From contig CAWELD010000003.1 of assembly GCA_963809895.1 (NCBI GenBank), forward strand, positions 2,656,001 through 2,720,000: a DNA stretch of 64,000 bases. The letters run 5' to 3'. The DNA is from an uncultured Gemmatimonadales bacterium. Its GTDB lineage: Bacteria; Gemmatimonadota; Gemmatimonadetes; Longimicrobiales; Gaopeijiaceae. Shown here in pieces: positions 18,490 through 29,308 of this stretch (positions are counted from its first letter, which is position 1; each line of letters begins with the position of its first letter). The notes under the pieces are model-generated. The model was not told the DNA's origin and did not search any database. It worked only from the letters and a program-made list of their open reading frames with translations. The translations under genes and the position numbers were made by a program.

Positions 18490-18731
18490 TTCACACCTCC
18501 CAGGCGCTCACGCGCCCTGTCCAGCAGGCTGCCGTAGCGGGCCTTCATCTCCTCGGTGGGCACGTTGAAGAGCGGGCACAGATCGCCCGTGCAGGTGTCC
18601 CCGTGCTCCAGGCACACCAGGTCGTCTTCGGTCGGGGTGCGCCCTTCCAGGATCACCTTGGGATTCACCGCCACCCGCACCTGACGGTCGCAGGCAGAGC
18701 AATAGGCGAGATGGGCATCGATGGGACTCAT
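18486..18731 (-). CDS. Cys-rich protein (81 aa) with the same five-Cys domain
   Basis: MSPIDAHLAYCSACDRQVR...VCLEHGDTCTGDLCPL; GGAGG RBS; ATGA overlap upstream and GTGA overlap downstream. Confidence 0.8.
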   Translation of the reverse strand: MSPIDAHLAYCSACDRQVRVAVNPKVILEGRTPTEDDLVCLEHGDTCTGDLCPLFNVPTEEMKARYGSLLDRARERLGGVK

Positions 18732-18859
18732 GAGTCCTCCCCGTCGAGGGTGCAGGAGGTGCATTCGCCGCTGCATCCGTCGCAGCGGTGCTGGGCAGGC
18801 AGGAGCCCGAACAGAGCGAACAAGGCCGCGAGCCCGGCGATGGCGAAAACCGTGGCCAT
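18728..18859 (-). CDS. 43-aa membrane-anchored Cys-rich microprotein (absent from the ORF track)
   Basis: GAGGAGG RBS; MATVFAIAGLAALFALFGLLPAQHRCDGCSGECTSCTLDGEDS; its stop overlaps the next ATG. Confidence 0.8.
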   Translation of the reverse strand: MATVFAIAGLAALFALFGLLPAQHRCDGCSGECTSCTLDGEDS

Positions 18860-18871
18860 GCTGGTTCCTCC

Positions 18872-19450
18872 TCAGCCCGAGGTGAAGAGCCCGGCGAAGC
18901 CCATGAAGGCCAGCGACAGGCTCCCGGCGAGGATCAGGACCAGCCCCATGTTGCGGGCCAGCGCAGGCACGTCGGCCAACTCGATGCGCTCCCGGATGGA
19001 AGCCATCAGGACCAGGGCCAGGGTCAGTCCCAGGCCGGCGCCCACGGCGAAGAAGAGGCCCTCCAGGAAGCCGTAGCCGCGGTTGGTCTGGAAGATGGCC
19101 AGTCCCAGGATCGCGCAGTTGGTGGTGATGAGCGGCAAGAAGATGCCCAGCTCCCGGAACAGGGTGGGGCTCAGCTTCTTGATGGCCATCTCCACGATCT
19201 GCACCAGCGAGGCGATGACCACGATGAACGAGATCAGCCGCAGGTAGGGCGCATAGGGGAGCACGTAGGCGTTCAGGAGCGACGCCACCATCGACGTGAT
19301 CACCAGCACGAAGATGTTGGCCATGCCCATGCGCAGCGCGGTGCCGACCTTGGCCGACACCCCCAGGAAGGGGCACAGGCCCAGGAACAGGACCAGGGTG
19401 AAGTTGTTCACCAGCATGGCCGAGACCAGGATCCACATCAGCTCGCCCAT
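18872..19450 (-). CDS. rnfA: Rnf electron transport complex subunit A
   Basis: LVNNFTL..FLGLCPFLGVS; LGIFLPLITTNCAILG; LAFMGFAG. Confidence 0.95.
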   Translation of the reverse strand: MGELMWILVSAMLVNNFTLVLFLGLCPFLGVSAKVGTALRMGMANIFVLVITSMVASLLNAYVLPYAPYLRLISFIVVIASLVQIVEMAIKKLSPTLFRELGIFLPLITTNCAILGLAIFQTNRGYGFLEGLFFAVGAGLGLTLALVLMASIRERIELADVPALARNMGLVLILAGSLSLAFMGFAGLFTSG

Positions 19451-19451
19451 G

Positions 19452-20135
19452 TCAGGCCCTCCTGACCGCTTCGGCGGTCTCGACGTTGGTGGTCACGCCG
19501 TGCGGCCACTGGCGGGGACGAACGGGCACGCGCCGGCGTCCCTTCCACCACGCGAACACCAGCAGGAGGATCCCCAGGGTGAAGAAGCCTCCCGGCGGCA
19601 GGATCATGACCACCCAGGGCTCGTAGCTCGGACCGAAGAGGGGAATCCCCAGGAAGGAGCCGTTGCCCAGTACCTCGCGAATGGTCCCCATGAGCAGGAG
19701 GGCGATGATGAAGCCCACCCCGGTGCCCACCGCATCGAGGATCGCCCGGCCCACGGGCCTCTTGGAGGCGAACGCTTCCTGACGCCCCAGGATCATGCAG
19801 TTCACCACGATGAGGGCGATGAAGGCGCCCAGCGCCTTGTGGATGTCCGGCACCACCGCCGCCAGGATCAGGTCCGCCATGGTGACGAAGGTGGCGATGA
19901 TGAGGATGTAGGCCGAGATCCGCACCTCGTTGGGGATCCAGCGCTTGAAGAGCGAGACCAGGATGCTGGATCCCACGAGCACGAAGAAGGTCGCCAGCCC
20001 CATGGCGATGCTGTTCTCCACCGTGTTGGTCACGGCCAGCGTCGGGCACAGGCCCAGGAGCTGCACCAGCACGGGGTTCTCCTTCCAGATGCCCCGGAGG
20101 AGATCCTCCTGGGCAGTGGTCACCCGGGGACTCAT
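19452..20135 (-). CDS. rnfE: Rnf electron transport complex subunit E
   Basis: GIWKENPVLVQLLGLCPTLAVT; LIVVNCMILGR.EAFASK; ILPPGGF. Confidence 0.95.
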   Translation of the reverse strand: MSPRVTTAQEDLLRGIWKENPVLVQLLGLCPTLAVTNTVENSIAMGLATFFVLVGSSILVSLFKRWIPNEVRISAYILIIATFVTMADLILAAVVPDIHKALGAFIALIVVNCMILGRQEAFASKRPVGRAILDAVGTGVGFIIALLLMGTIREVLGNGSFLGIPLFGPSYEPWVVMILPPGGFFTLGILLLVFAWWKGRRRVPVRPRQWPHGVTTNVETAEAVRRA

Positions 20136-20920
20136 CGCTCGCCTCCGTTGCTGCCAGCGCCCGTCGCCGGGGAAGCCGACGCCGCGCGGGGTGCCGGCAC
20201 GCCGGAGGCCCACAGATCCTTCAGGGGATCCCGGACCGCCTCGAGCCGGTGGTTGATGATGTCGATGACGGCGCGCGACGAGATGGTGGCCCCGGTGATC
20301 ATGACCACCTCGTCGTCGGCGCCGGTCTTGCGGGCCTCCTTCACGCCCTTCAGCGGCGCCTCCACGTCTCGGAACTCGCCGATGAAGGCCGAGTCACGGG
20401 TGATCTTGTCGCCCAGCCCCGGGGTCTCCTTGCTCTCCAGGACCTTCATACCCAGCACCTCTCCGCTGTCGGGATCGTAGCCGAAGAGCAGGTCGATGAT
20501 GTCCTGGAACCCGGCCTCCGCCGCCGAGACCGCCACGCCCACGGGGCCGCCGGCCTCGTCGTAGCCCACGTAGACCCGATCCACCGAGGCGGTGTCGACG
20601 CTGGCTGGCGGGCTGTCGGTGAAGTGGCCGTCCACGAGGAAGAAGGTCTGGGTGGCGCTGGGCCCGTCGAGGACCTCCTGGACGGCCTCCGCGAGCACCT
20701 GGGCGCGGTGCGCTTCGATGCGGGGCTGACTCCACTGGTAGACGAGGACGATGAAGAACCCGGCGATGGCGCCGGCCAGCGCCAGGGTCGCGATCAGGCG
20801 CGCCGACGACGCCCGGGGGCGCTCCGGCGGCGGCGGCGGGCCACCGCCCATCGACGTGCCGTCGGCGGCGGCGGTCGTGCCCGCGCTGTCGCTGGCCATG
20901 GGAAGCTTGTGCTCGCTCAC
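20132..20920 (-). CDS. rnfG: Rnf subunit G (FMN-binding)
   Basis: TM anchor; ETPGLG; FMN-attachment motif ITGATISS. Confidence 0.92.
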   Translation of the reverse strand: MSEHKLPMASDSAGTTAAADGTSMGGGPPPPPERPRASSARLIATLALAGAIAGFFIVLVYQWSQPRIEAHRAQVLAEAVQEVLDGPSATQTFFLVDGHFTDSPPASVDTASVDRVYVGYDEAGGPVGVAVSAAEAGFQDIIDLLFGYDPDSGEVLGMKVLESKETPGLGDKITRDSAFIGEFRDVEAPLKGVKEARKTGADDEVVMITGATISSRAVIDIINHRLEAVRDPLKDLWASGVPAPRAASASPATGAGSNGGER

Positions 20921-21918
20921 GTCGCCACCTCTTCACGGGTGCCGAAGACCCTGGGCCTGGTGGCCCGGTCGATGAACGGCACCAGCGCGTTCATGAGGAG
21001 GACGGCGTACATCACGCCCTCGGGGAGGCCACCCCACAGTCGGATGACCACCACGAGGGCTCCGATGCCGGCGCCGAAAACCCAGGCGCCCCTGTTCGTC
21101 ACGGGAGAGGTCACCATGTCGGTGGCCATGTAGACGGCTCCGAGCATGAGCCCCCCGGAGAACAGCATGAAAGGCGCACCCGGGATGGCCGGATCGATGG
21201 CGTGCAACGCGCTGGAGAGGAGTGCCACGACGGCCAGGATACTCACCGGGATACGCCAGTTCAGATAGTTCTTGTAGGCCAGGTATGCGCCGCCCAGCAG
21301 GATGAGGACGGCTGCGGTCTCGCCCAGGGAGCCTCCGGTGCTCCCCATGAGCAGATCGCGTACGGGTGTGCCCGCGTGCTCGAACTTCATGAGCCCCAGG
21401 GGCGTGGCGCTGGTGACGGCGTCCACGCTGGAGCCCATGAGCGGCAGGGCGAAGTTGTCGCCCACGAGATGGGCCCAGGGCTGGCCCGGGGTGGGCCAGG
21501 TGGTGAGCGCCTCGGGAAACGCGGCCTGCAGGAAGGCCCGGGCCAGGAGCGCCGGGTTGAAGATGTTCTGTCCCAGCCCTCCGAAGATGAGCTTGCCGAA
21601 GCCGATCCCGAACATGCCGCCCAGGAAGGCCATCCACAGGGGGATCCCCGGAGGCAGCGTCAGCCCCAGCAGGAGCCCCGTGATGGCGGCGGAGCCGTCG
21701 GCCAGCGATCCCCCTTTGCCGAAGACCCGTTCCGTGACAAGGGCGCCCAGCGTCGCGGCGGCGATGACCAGGAGCGCGCTCACCCCGAAGAACCAGGTGG
21801 CCGCCGCGATGACGGGCACCAGCGTGGCCACCACCGTCCACATGATGCGAGGCGTGCTGTCCGGCGCCTTCAGGTGGGGCGAGGCCACCAGCTCCAGGCG
21901 GGTCTCCGCAGCGTTCAT
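20917..21918 (-). CDS. rnfD: Rnf subunit D
   Basis: ASPH; DGSAAITGLLLGLTLPP; FGGLGQNIFNPAL; DAVTSATPL FMN site; MATDMVTSP. Confidence 0.95.
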   Translation of the reverse strand: MNAAETRLELVASPHLKAPDSTPRIMWTVVATLVPVIAAATWFFGVSALLVIAAATLGALVTERVFGKGGSLADGSAAITGLLLGLTLPPGIPLWMAFLGGMFGIGFGKLIFGGLGQNIFNPALLARAFLQAAFPEALTTWPTPGQPWAHLVGDNFALPLMGSSVDAVTSATPLGLMKFEHAGTPVRDLLMGSTGGSLGETAAVLILLGGAYLAYKNYLNWRIPVSILAVVALLSSALHAIDPAIPGAPFMLFSGGLMLGAVYMATDMVTSPVTNRGAWVFGAGIGALVVVIRLWGGLPEGVMYAVLLMNALVPFIDRATRPRVFGTREEVAT

Positions 21919-23318
21919 GCGGCCTTGCCTCCCCCGGCCGGAGCCTCGGCCGCTTCGGCGGCGGCCTTGTCGCGCTCGCGCTGCTGCTCGCGACGCACGG
22001 CGCCTTTGGCCAGGGCGAACATCTGCGACAGCGGGATGTTGGACGGGCACACGTACGAGCAGGACCCGCACAGCATGCAGTCCATGAGGTTGTAGTCCCC
22101 CACCATCTCCTGATAGCGGCCCGCCTGGGCCAGCTTGCCCAGGGTGGTGGGGTTCAGGAAGACCGGACAGGCGTCCAGGCAGTGGCCGCATGAGATGCAC
22201 GGGTGCACCTGCCGCGGCTTGGCCTCGGCGTCGGTGAGGACCACGATGCCGCTGGTGCCCTTGAGCACCGGGGCGTCCAGGTCGGCCTGGGGCATGCCCA
22301 TCATGGGGCCACCCACCAGCACCTCGCGGGCGTCGTCGGTGAGACCTCCGCAGAACTCGAGCACGTCGCGGAGCCTGGTGCCCACGGGCACGATCAGGTT
22401 CGACGGCTTGCGGATGCCGGGCCCGGAGACGGTGACGATACGCTCGATGAGCGGGAGTCCCGTCTCGAAGACCTCGGCGATGGCGGCGATGGAGCCCACG
22501 TTCTGCACCACCGTGCCCACATGCGCGGGAAGCTTGCCCGATGGCACCTCGCGGCCCGTGACGGCCTTGATGAGCATCTTCTCGGCGCCCTGCGGATACT
22601 TCACCCGCAGCGGGTGCACCGTGATGTCCAGGTCCGGGGGGATGGTGGCGCGCAGTCGCTCCACGGCGTCGGGCTTGTTGAGCTCCACGCCGATGACCGC
22701 CTTCGACACCCCGAGGCACTGCATCATGATGCGGATGCCGAAGTGGACCCGCTCCGGATATTCCACCATCACCCGGTGGTCCGAGGTGAGATAGGGCTCG
22801 CACTCGGCTCCGTTCACCAGCAGCAGCTCGATGTTCACGCCCTCCGGCGCCTTCAGCTTCACGTGGGTCGGGAAGGCGGCGCCTCCCAGGCCCACGACGC
22901 CGGCGTTCTGCACCGCGGCCCGCACCTCGTCGGCAGTGAGCCCCTCCCAGTGGGGCACCATGCGCGCCCGCGGGATCTGCGGCGAGCGCGCATCGACCTC
23001 GATGCGCACCGCTTCGGCCTGGCTGCCGTCGGGGTGCGGCCACCAGTCCACCGCCTTCACGGTGCCCGACGCCGAGGCGTGGATGGGCACCGAGACGTAG
23101 CCCTGGGCCTCGCCTATCTTGTCGCCCCGCTCGACCCGGTCACCCGGCGCCACCAGCAGGCGCGACGGCGCCCCGGTGTGCTGCCGCAGGGGCAGCACCA
23201 CCTCGTCCGGGAAGGGCATGCGCCGGATCGGCACCTGGGCCGATGCTTCCTTGTGATCCGGGGGATGCACCCCGTGGCGGAAGCCTCCGGTCAGCAACGC
23301 CTGCAGCGACAGGGACAC
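21915..23318 (-). CDS. rnfC: Rnf subunit C (NADH/FMN-binding, 2x[4Fe-4S])
   Basis: GLGGAAFPTHVK; NGAECEPYLTSD; YPQGAEK; GGPMMG; CISCGHCLDACP; CMLCGSCSYVCP. Confidence 0.95.
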   Translation of the reverse strand: MSLSLQALLTGGFRHGVHPPDHKEASAQVPIRRMPFPDEVVLPLRQHTGAPSRLLVAPGDRVERGDKIGEAQGYVSVPIHASASGTVKAVDWWPHPDGSQAEAVRIEVDARSPQIPRARMVPHWEGLTADEVRAAVQNAGVVGLGGAAFPTHVKLKAPEGVNIELLLVNGAECEPYLTSDHRVMVEYPERVHFGIRIMMQCLGVSKAVIGVELNKPDAVERLRATIPPDLDITVHPLRVKYPQGAEKMLIKAVTGREVPSGKLPAHVGTVVQNVGSIAAIAEVFETGLPLIERIVTVSGPGIRKPSNLIVPVGTRLRDVLEFCGGLTDDAREVLVGGPMMGMPQADLDAPVLKGTSGIVVLTDAEAKPRQVHPCISCGHCLDACPVFLNPTTLGKLAQAGRYQEMVGDYNLMDCMLCGSCSYVCPSNIPLSQMFALAKGAVRREQQRERDKAAAEAAEAPAGGGKAA

Positions 23319-23340
23319 GCTCGATTCTCCTGTGCGCTCG

Positions 23341-26300
23341 TCAGTTGAACTTCTCGGCCCGCTTCACCCACTTCTCCAGATCCTTCTCCTTGGGGTTGAG
23401 CGGGTCGCCGGGATGGATGATGGCCGCGGGGCACTTCTCGGCCGCCTGCACGAGCTGGGCGAAGGTGCCGGCTTTCGGGTCCTTGATGTAGGCCTGCTTG
23501 TTCTCGTTGTAGGCGAACATCTGCCCGTTCAGGTTCGTGCACTCGTTGCACGACGTGCACATGGCGGTGTCGATGTAGGGCTCGAGGGCGAAGCCGTCGT
23601 CCTCGTCCTCTGCCGCTGCGGGCTCGGTCTCGGCCGGCGCATCCGCCACGGCCACCGCACCCTCGGGCTCGGCGGCCGCCGGGGCGGCCTCGACCGGCGC
23701 CGCAGCAGCACCGTTGCCGCCGCCGTTCGCCTGGGCGGCACCCACGTCCAGCCCGCCGACCTCGTCGGCGGTGATGGGGGCCAGCGGCGTGGCGAAAGCC
23801 TGCTCCAGGAGCTGGTCCACCGTCTTGCGGCCGCCGCCGTGCTTCAGGAGGCCCTGGGCCATGCGCCGCGCCACCGCGGCCGGGAAGGTGGAGCGCAACT
23901 CGCCCAGCTTGCGCTCGTACTCGGCGCGCAGATCAGCGATCTGCTGCTCGAAGCGGGACTCGTGGACCCCGGCCAGCGTGTCCTGCACGCTCTCCGGCAC
24001 GTCCAACCCGGCCAGCTCGCGGAGCTGATGCCAGAAGAGGAGGCGCTCCTCGGCCAGCAGGATCATCTCGTTGGAGACCACCACCCGCGTGCGCTTGCCC
24101 TCGGCGTCCAACGCCCAGATGAAGGGGCGCTTGCCCGCGCGCTCCTCGGGCGACATCTCCACCATCTCGTGGAAGAGGACCAGGTCCTCGTCGTCGGCCT
24201 CGGCCAGCGCGAAGTGCTTGCGGAACCGGGTCTCGGTGTAGGCCCAGTCCGCGGTGGTGAGGGGGAGCTCCATGGTCTGGTCCGCCCCGTCCTCGTTCTT
24301 GTAGGTGAGCACGTAGGTGGGCCAGGTGTCGTCCAGCGCCGGGTTGCCGTCCAGCGTCAGGCAGTCGGCCAGGTCGCGGCCGGCATCCGGGTCGTAGGTC
24401 ATGAAGGGGAAGGCCCGGCTCTCCAGCGCCAGCTTGGCCGCCTGCGGCGCCCAGTCGTCGGCGAGGCCGTGCTCCACCGGACAGGGCGTGTAGATGTTGA
24501 AGACCGCCGGCCGGCGGGAGTTGAGGCCCTTGATGACGCCTTCCATCAGGTGCGACGCCAGAGCCTGCGAGGACTGGTGCACGAACACGCCCCGGTGCGC
24601 CATGGCGATGTAGCCCAGCTCCTTGCGCACCTCCTGCTTGCCGTGCTGCGCCTTGCCCCAGGCGCTCATGTCGGCGATCTGGCCGGTGAAGCCCGACGTG
24701 CAGGCCTGCCCACCGGTGTTGGAATACACCTGGGTGTCCAGGACCAGCACCCGGATGGGCTTTCCGCTGGCCATGAGCCGCGAGAGGTTCTGGAAGCCGA
24801 TGTCCAGCATGGCGCCGTCGCCCCCGATGCTCAGGATGGGCGGGCACAGCTTGAACTCCTCATCGGTGAGGCCCTTCCAGTCCAGGTCGTCCAGCAGCGC
24901 CTCGTCGCGCTCGGCGTCGTAGCTGCCGTCGGCCAGCTTCTCGGCCCGGCGCACCTCGGTGAAGGCGTCCACCATCTTGCGCATGTGGCCCTCGAAGATG
25001 CCGATGGCGATGGAGGGCGCGTCCTGGAAGAGGTGGTTCACCCAGGGGAAGGGATAGGGGTTGTACGGATAGGTGCTGCCCCACACCGACGAGCACCCGG
25101 TGGAGTTGGTGATACCCACCGGGGCCCGGCCGCGTCCGCTGGGTCCGCGCTCGTAGCGCCAGCGCAGATCCTGCAGGCGCTCGCGGGTGCGGTTGAGGAG
25201 CGCCATCCGGTCGCGCACGTCGTCGGGGAGGGCCACGTCCACCGTTCCGGCGGAGGCCGCGTCCACGTCGGTGTGCTCGGCTACCGCTTCGCGCACCCGG
25301 TGATCGAGCTCCTGGATCAGCCAGTCGAGTCGGGTGACGAGGCCCTTCACCCGCGGACTGCATGACGGCCTCGATGGTGCTGGTCACCAGGTGCACGGCG
25401 GTCTTCTCGCCGCATCCCATGCAGGCGCCGTCGCCTCCGGCCATGGACCGGTAGTTCTCCTTCTTGAGGAGGAGCGACGACAGCACCCCGATACCCTCGT
25501 CCAGATCGCTGACGTTGACGTAGCGGTCGGCGGTATCGGGAAGCGCCTCCCAGAAGTCCCAGTTGCGGCGCAGCCGCTCGACGATGTCCTCGTCCTGCCG
25601 CACCGTCACCAGGGCGTTCTCGGGGCAGACCTCGACGCAGATGTTGCAGCCCTTGCAGGCCTCGGGGTTGATGGTGATGGCCAGCAGCCCACCGCTGCCC
25701 TTCTCCTTGCGCTCGGGCACGTCGTAGAAGGGCGTGGTCTTCGCCACCGGGAAGTCGGCGAGCACCGAGTAGACCCCGGCCCACTCGTGGTCGAGCTGCG
25801 CCCGGCGGTCCGGATCCCAGCCCAGCTTGTCGGCCACGTTCTCGTACGCGGCGGACACGGTCTCGGCGAAGGTGTGGAACGGCACACCGTCCAGGACCTT
25901 GCGGCTCTCCCGGGCGATGTGCTTGACGATCTGTTTCACGCGGTCCGGCGAGGTGCCGTTGGACGCGGCCACGATGGCCTGTGTCCAGGAGGTCCTCCAC
26001 CGACACCACCAGCCCGGGAATCGCGGCGTCGGGGCACTGCACCCAGCACTGGCTGCAGCCGGTGCACTTGTCGGCGATGAAGTCGGGCACCTCGAAGCGG
26101 ATGTTGGTCATGTCCCGCACCGCGCTGCTGGCGGCGGGGATGGCGCTGATGGCGGCGAAGGGATCGGCGATGCCGTCCTGGCCCACCGCGCACACGGCGC
26201 ACACCTGCTCGAAGAAGCGACCCGGGCTCGGCCAGACCGGCCTCGGCGGGCACGTCCATGACCTTGGGCATGCGGCCCGCGGGCGCGTCACCCACCTCCT

Positions 26301-28447
26301 CGCCCTCGGCCGCCAGATCGGTCGGGATCCGCACGAGCTCGTCGAAGCCCCGGCGGATCACCCGCAGGTTGTCCTGCACCACCTGTTCGCCCTTCTTGCC
26401 GAACTTCTTGCGGAGCTGGGTCTCGATGCCATCGAAGAGGCGCTCTTCGCTCATCCCCTCCCGCTCCAGCATGGGCGCCGCGCGGAAGAAGGCGCCCATG
26501 AAGGCGGCGCCCTGCATGCGGTAGCGCAGCTCGGCGTCGGTGGCCTCGTCGTTGGCGATGCCGAAGCCGTCCAGCGCGTAGACCTGGATGTCCCGCTCGC
26601 GGGCGTCCCGGCGAATGTACTCGGGAAACGACGCCCAGATCTCCTCTGCCGGTCGGTCACCCTGGATCACGAAGACCCCACCCCGGGCCAGCCCGGCCAG
26701 GGGGTTGGAGTGCTTGAAGACGTTGGGGTCGGGCGACAGCACCACGTTGACGTGCTTGAGCTCGGCGTTGGGCCGCACCGGCTCGTGGCTCAGCACCGCG
26801 TAGAAGGTCGTGGGCTGGCCCTTCTTCTCGGAGCCGTACTTCGGGTTGGCCTTCACGTGCATGCCGAAGAGCTCGAAGGCCGTGAGCGCCAGGTTCTTGC
26901 CGGTGGTGATGGCGCCCCAGCCACCCACCGAGTGCATGCGGAGCGAGACCGCGTCCTCGGGCAGGAGGTTGAAGTCCCCGGCCGAGATCAACGCCCGCTC
27001 ACCGATGTCGGGATACGCCTCCAGAAGCTGGTCCTGCCAGATCTGGAGCTTGGGCAGCCGCGTGTTCTTGCGGATGAACTCGATGCCCAGGTAGAAGTGC
27101 CGGCGGTGGGGTCCCTCTTCCAGCATGTTGTCCACGGCGGAGATGAGGTCGCCGGGCTGCAGGTCACGGCTACCGAAGCCGAAGCCCGCGGCGTAGAAGT
27201 CGGGCACCTGGTCCGCCGTGATGGCCGGCAGCCCCGGGAAGGGCTGCGGGCCCGCGCCGTTGTCCTGGCCGCGCCCGAAGCGCTTCTTGCCGTTCCCGCG
27301 TGCCCGGCCGTTCTCCACGGCCTGGGCCATGGCGGCCCGGATCTCCCGGAGCAGGGGCGGATCCACCGCCAGGGGCTGGTCGACGCGCTCGAGGACCGTG
27401 ACGCCCTTCTTTCCGGCCAGCACGCTCGCCACCAGGTCCGCCGGGAAGGGCCGGAACATGGTCACGTTGAGCACGCCCACCTTCAGGTTGCGCGTGCGGC
27501 GCAGGTGGTCGGCCACGGCCTCGGCGTTGGGCACCACCGTGCCCATCCCCACCAACACCCAGTCGGCGTCGTCCAGGCGGTACCCCTGAACGCGGCCGTA
27601 CTCGCGGCCCGTCAGCTCCGTGTACTCGCGGAACGCCTGATCCGAGAGGTCCTTCAGGTGATCGAAGTAGAAGGGCCGCTGCGCCGCCACGCCCTGGGCG
27701 TAGGCGTCCTGGTTCTGGACCACGCCCAGCATGGCCGGATAGTCCAGGTTGAACAGCTCCGGAACGCGCCGGCGCTGGTCACCGAACACCAGCCGCTGCG
27801 CCGGGGTCGGGCTGTCGATCATGTCCGAGGGGTCGCCCAGGTACTCGCGAATCAGCTCCGGCTCCGGCAGCAGCACGTCTTCGATGACGTGGCTGGTGAG
27901 GAAGCCGTCCTGGGCGCTGAGCCCGGGCGTCAGCGACAGCTCGGCGATGCGGTGCGCCACGAGCGTGAGATCGGCGATCTCCTGGACGTTCTTGGCGAAC
28001 AGCTGAAAGAAGCCCGTGTCGTCGACGGCATGGTAGTCGTCGTGGCCGGCGTGGACGTTGAGGGCGTGCTTGGTCATGGCGCGGGCGGCCACGTTCAAGC
28101 ACGTAGGGCAGCCGCTTGCCCGCCGCCGCGTACAGCGACTCGTGCATGTAGGCGATGCCCTGGCCACTGGAGAAGTTCGTGCTCCTCAGGCCGGTCATGC
28201 TCATGCCCGCCGTCACACCCGCTGCCGCGTGCTCGCCCTCGGGCTCGAAGAAGATCAGACGTCGCCCGAACACGTTGCGCTTGCCGGATGCCACGGCCTG
28301 TGCCCAACCCTCGCCCATCTGCGTCGAGGGCGTGATGGGATAGGCGCCGGCGGCCTCGCTGGCGAGCGTTTCGGCGTGGACCACCGCCTCGCTGCCATCC
28401 GTGGCGGAGGGGATCCCGGGGTACCGGGGGGTGGTCTTCGTGCTCAT
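23341..28447 (-). CDS. Very large (~1700 aa) pyruvate:ferredoxin oxidoreductase-like (NifJ/PFOR-type) single-chain 2-oxoacid oxidoreductase with an extra C-terminal ferredoxin; four +1 frameshifts (~28097, ~26222, ~25979, ~25357)
   Basis: AYPITPST; EGEHAAAG; SVGGWGAITTGKN..KYGSEKKG; CTGCSQCWVQCP; CKGCNICVEVCP; GACMGCGE; NSTGCSSVWG; GGDGAMLDIG..DTQVYSNTGGQ; C-terminal CTSCNEC...EKCP. Each junction is restored by removing one base. Confidence 0.88.
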
Positions 28448-29298
28448 GCCACTTCACTCCCGGCCGGGATGCGGAGGGCGGGGAACTGTTGTCCCTCCAC
28501 CCAGACGATGGCCCCGGTGGGGCACCGCTCCACGGCCTTCGGGTTCTCGAGTTCGATGAGGTCGTAGTTCACCACGGCGAGCCCGTGCTCCATGGAGACC
28601 AGGCCCGTCGCGGCGTCGGACACGCAGCGGGTGCATCCGTTGCACGCCACGCTGCACACGCCTTCGGCGGCGTCGCCCTCCAGCAGGTTCTTGCACTGCA
28701 CCAGCAGGTGGGCGTCGGCGGGAAGGATGGTGAAGAGATCCAGGGGGCAGGCATCGACGCAGTCGCCACATGCCGTGCACAGCTCGAGGTCCACCACCGG
28801 CAGCCCGAACGGGCTCATGATGATGGCGTCGAAGTCGCAGGCCACGGCGCAGTCGGCGAAACCCACGCAGCCCCAGGAGCAGGCCTTGCCGCCGCCACCC
28901 ACCGCCACGGCCGCGGCGCAGCTCTCGATCCCCACGTAGTCGGCCTTGCGCAGCGCCACGTCGGAGCCGCCGGCGCACAGCAATCGGGCCACCCGCTTCT
29001 GGGCCTCGCCGGCGTCCACGCCCAGCAAGCTCGCCACGTCGTCGATCTCGGCGGCGCCCATGACCGTGCATCCGGCGGGCGCTACCGTGCCGCCCAGGGC
29101 GGCCTCGGCGAAGGCGCGGCACCCGGCGAAGCCGCATGCCCCGCAGTTGGCCCCGGGCAGCAGGTCGGAGAGCTCGTCGAGCCGGGGATCCTCCTCGACC
29201 CTCAGGCGCGCGTTCGCCAGGGCGATGAGCGCGCCGAAGGTGACGCCCACCCCGCCCAGGATGGCGGCGGAGCCGACGATGGCGGAGGGTGCGAGCAC
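28444..29298 (-). CDS. rnfB: Rnf subunit B
   Basis: TM anchor; LPGANCGACGFAGC; CSWGCVGFADCAVAC; CTACGDCVDACP; CNGCTRC. Confidence 0.93.
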   Translation of the reverse strand: MLAPSAIVGSAAILGGVGVTFGALIALANARLRVEEDPRLDELSDLLPGANCGACGFAGCRAFAEAALGGTVAPAGCTVMGAAEIDDVASLLGVDAGEAQKRVARLLCAGGSDVALRKADYVGIESCAAAVAVGGGGKACSWGCVGFADCAVACDFDAIIMSPFGLPVVDLELCTACGDCVDACPLDLFTILPADAHLLVQCKNLLEGDAAEGVCSVACNGCTRCVSDAATGLVSMEHGLAVVNYDLIELENPKAVERCPTGAIVWVEGQQFPALRIPAGSEVA

Positions 29299-29308
29299 GG
29301 TCGCCTCC

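Noticed and set aside
15682..18537. 951-aa plus-strand ORF, and similar long ORFs (42997-45591, 58107-61118, 35199-37580, 25981-28335, 23332-25365)
   Set aside because: Antisense shadows of real genes, expected at high GC; no recognisable motifs.
18486..19436. 316-aa ORF overlapping rnfA
   Set aside because: Alternative frame of rnfA; only its last 81 codons, with their own RBS and ATG at 18731, are a credible gene.
23341..28447. PFOR as five separate subunit genes, a pseudogene or a programmed frameshift product
   Set aside because: Breaks fall inside domains, each is fixed by removing one base, there are no internal RBS/starts or slippery sites, and all motifs are intact.
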